Source of the DNA: Macrostomum lignano
Taxonomy: Eukaryota
Assembly (NCBI GenBank): GCA_002269645.1
Contig: NIVC01001965.1
Location: 218,254-282,253, forward strand
Length of the DNA: 64,000 nt
Reading direction: 5' to 3'
Below, in pieces: positions 61,907 to 64,000 of this stretch. Each line of letters opens with the position of its first letter. The first letter of the stretch is position 1. A program made the position numbers and the translations under genes. The notes beneath the pieces were generated by a model. The model saw only the letters and a list, made by a program, of their open reading frames with translations, was not told the origin of the DNA and did not search any database.

Positions 61907-62149
61907 GAGCTCGCTGAACACTGTCGTTAAGAATGAAAACCATACCAAGTTATTATACACAAATTATGATTATGAACAAAAATTTTTGTTTTAATCATTC
62001 GCCGTCTTTATTGGCCACAGCTTTTGTTTCTGTTTTCTTCTGCTGATTCGATCTTCTTAATGCTTACCTGTCCAGTGTTGAGCTGTCTGCTTGCGTTTGC
62101 CACCTGTATTTGCATCGGCTTTTTCCTCCCGTGAATCAGATTCTCAGCC

Positions 62150-62800
62150 TTCTCTCCCGATCTCCCGCTTCTTTCCTCATCTCTCTCCCTTTCTCCTTAT
62201 CTCTCCCCCTCCCTCCTTATCTCTCTCCCTCTCTCCTTATCTCTCTCCCTCCTTATCTCTCTCCTCTCTCTCTCCCTTTCTCCTTATCTCTCTCCCTCTC
62301 TCTCTCCCTCTCTCCTTATCTCTCTCCCTCTCTCCTTATCTCTCTCCCTTTCTCCTTATCTCTCCCCCTCCCTCCTTATCTCTCTCCCTCTCTCCTTATC
62401 TCTCTCCCTCTCTCCTTATCTCTCTCCCTCCTTATCTCTCTCCCTCCTTATCTCTCTCCCTCTCTCCTTATCTCTCTCCCTCTCTCCTTATCTCTCTCCC
62501 TCCTTATCTCTCCCTCCTTATCTCTCTCCCTCCTTATCTTTCTCCCTCCTTATCTCTCTCCCTCCTTATCTTTCTCCCTCCTCTCTCCCTCCTTATCTCT
62601 CTCCCTCTCTCCTTATCTCTCTCCCTCTCTCCTTATCTCTCTCCCTCTCTCCTTATCTCTCTCCCTCTCTCCTTATCTCTCTCCCTCTCTCCTTATCTCT
62701 CTCCCTCTCTTCTTATCTCTCTCCCTCTCTCATTTCCCCCCTCTCTCCTTATCCCTATCTCTCATTATCTCATTCTCTCACTCTCTCCTTATCCTATCAT
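62150..62800. repeat. CT-rich (ctctccttatctctctcc)n array
   Basis: Downstream of Lmx1; its ORFs are artefacts. Confidence 0.9.
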
Positions 62801-64000
62801 ATCCATGTTATCAACCTAATCCCCCACCTGATCAGTGTTACTTGCCAACTACTATCAAGCCCTTCTTCCCAACTGTCGCGCATATTTCTCTCTTTCCCCC
62901 TTAGCTGAGCAAGGTGGTCGCTTCGCTTTTATCCATGCCATAATGCCATAGATACATATATAGTGCAATGAGCTTCGACTGAATGACACAATGCGTTTAG
63001 AATGAACCTTAAACTCTGCTATATGGCACTCATCTATTGTTGTTCTTGCTACTGTACATAAATATGCTATCCATGTATTCTCTGTCAGACAATGAGCAGT
63101 TTATTCATTTAGGAGGAGTGCGTACTATCAAAAGTTAATAATAAATAGTATTTAAAGCTTAATTTGGCGATCATGTTACTGATTCATTTATTAAAAAACT
63201 GTTATAGATATTATCGCCTGATATATGTTATATAATACTAAATTTTCATATATTATTATTGTTACTGGTTCTTAGAAAGCTCAGGGTAGGAAAGATCAAA
63301 GAGCTCACGCAGATCGCGCGGGACAGTCCACTTCCTGTGCTAAAACTCATCAGCTATACTCCAGCTTCCGCTTGGCATCTCCATCATCAGCAGTTTCTTG
63401 ACGGCCCAACCCTTTGGTCCAAGGGCATTTATCCGCCCAGCCGTGCCCGGTCAATGGAGGAACTCAATAGAGAATAGAGCAGAGGGGGAAATCAGGGGAC
63501 AATGCCAGTGTGACATCACCCACCGGGGGGGGATCTCTCCCTATAGTTCCTTCCTGTTCATCCGCCCGCTTGCCCTCCATCTCTACGAAACTCGCGCTTC
63601 GCCTCTCGCACCCCACGGGGGCCGACAAGTCCCTTCGGCCTCAATCCCGCGAGGCCTTGCGTAGCGCCTGTTGCTTGCGGGAGAGCAGAGCCTGTGCTCC
63701 ACTCTAATAAGGAGAATATTAAAATGACGTGTGCAACTCGGCAGCCCCTTTGTGCGCCCCCCGCGGTGGATGGAGCGATTCTATAATGATAATAGAGGGC
63801 CCAGACTCAAGTAATAACTAAAACTCGGAATATACTTTTTTGTGTCAAAACGAAAGCCTGTTCGAGGATTTCATAAACTCAAATTGAGACATCTATACTT
63901 TGAGTTGCATAATATTTCTAGACTGGAGGCGCATCGCTTTGATGACTCTCGATTTCGGCCCAGAAAAAGTTAATTAAATATTCGATATCATTTTGGTTAC

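Overview
Eukaryotic, repeat-rich invertebrate genomic DNA. GC-rich exons, many intronic minisatellites and the gene set resemble a free-living flatworm such as Macrostomum, but this is inference. I reconstructed six protein-coding loci by hand from splice signals and phase continuity: an intronless multi-zinc-finger protein (2734-4833, +); a 7-exon hillarin-like LIM/transglutaminase-like protein (13132-23857, -); a 3-exon B-box-like/coiled-coil/NHL gene carrying an in-frame TAG (26016-28175, +); an 11-exon SDS22-type LRR protein (30485-34859, -); a 14-exon ionotropic glutamate receptor subunit (36346-44876, -); and a 2-exon Lmx1 LIM-homeobox gene (52693-61906, +). Introns and intergenic DNA hold about 20 distinct micro/minisatellite arrays, two tRNA-derived SINE families, deleted Tc1 and piggyBac elements, and P-like and hAT-like MITEs. 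There are no CRISPR arrays, rRNA or intact tRNA genes. The most interesting observations are: reverse-complementary intronic arrays bracketing an in-frame 3-exon cassette of the iGluR; a SINE carrying a hammerhead-like core; a 58-bp satellite whose parent monomer lies 1 kb away; a MITE that seeds microsatellites; and an unusual residue in the iGluR binding site. None of these is demonstrated to be a new system; all are testable hypotheses.
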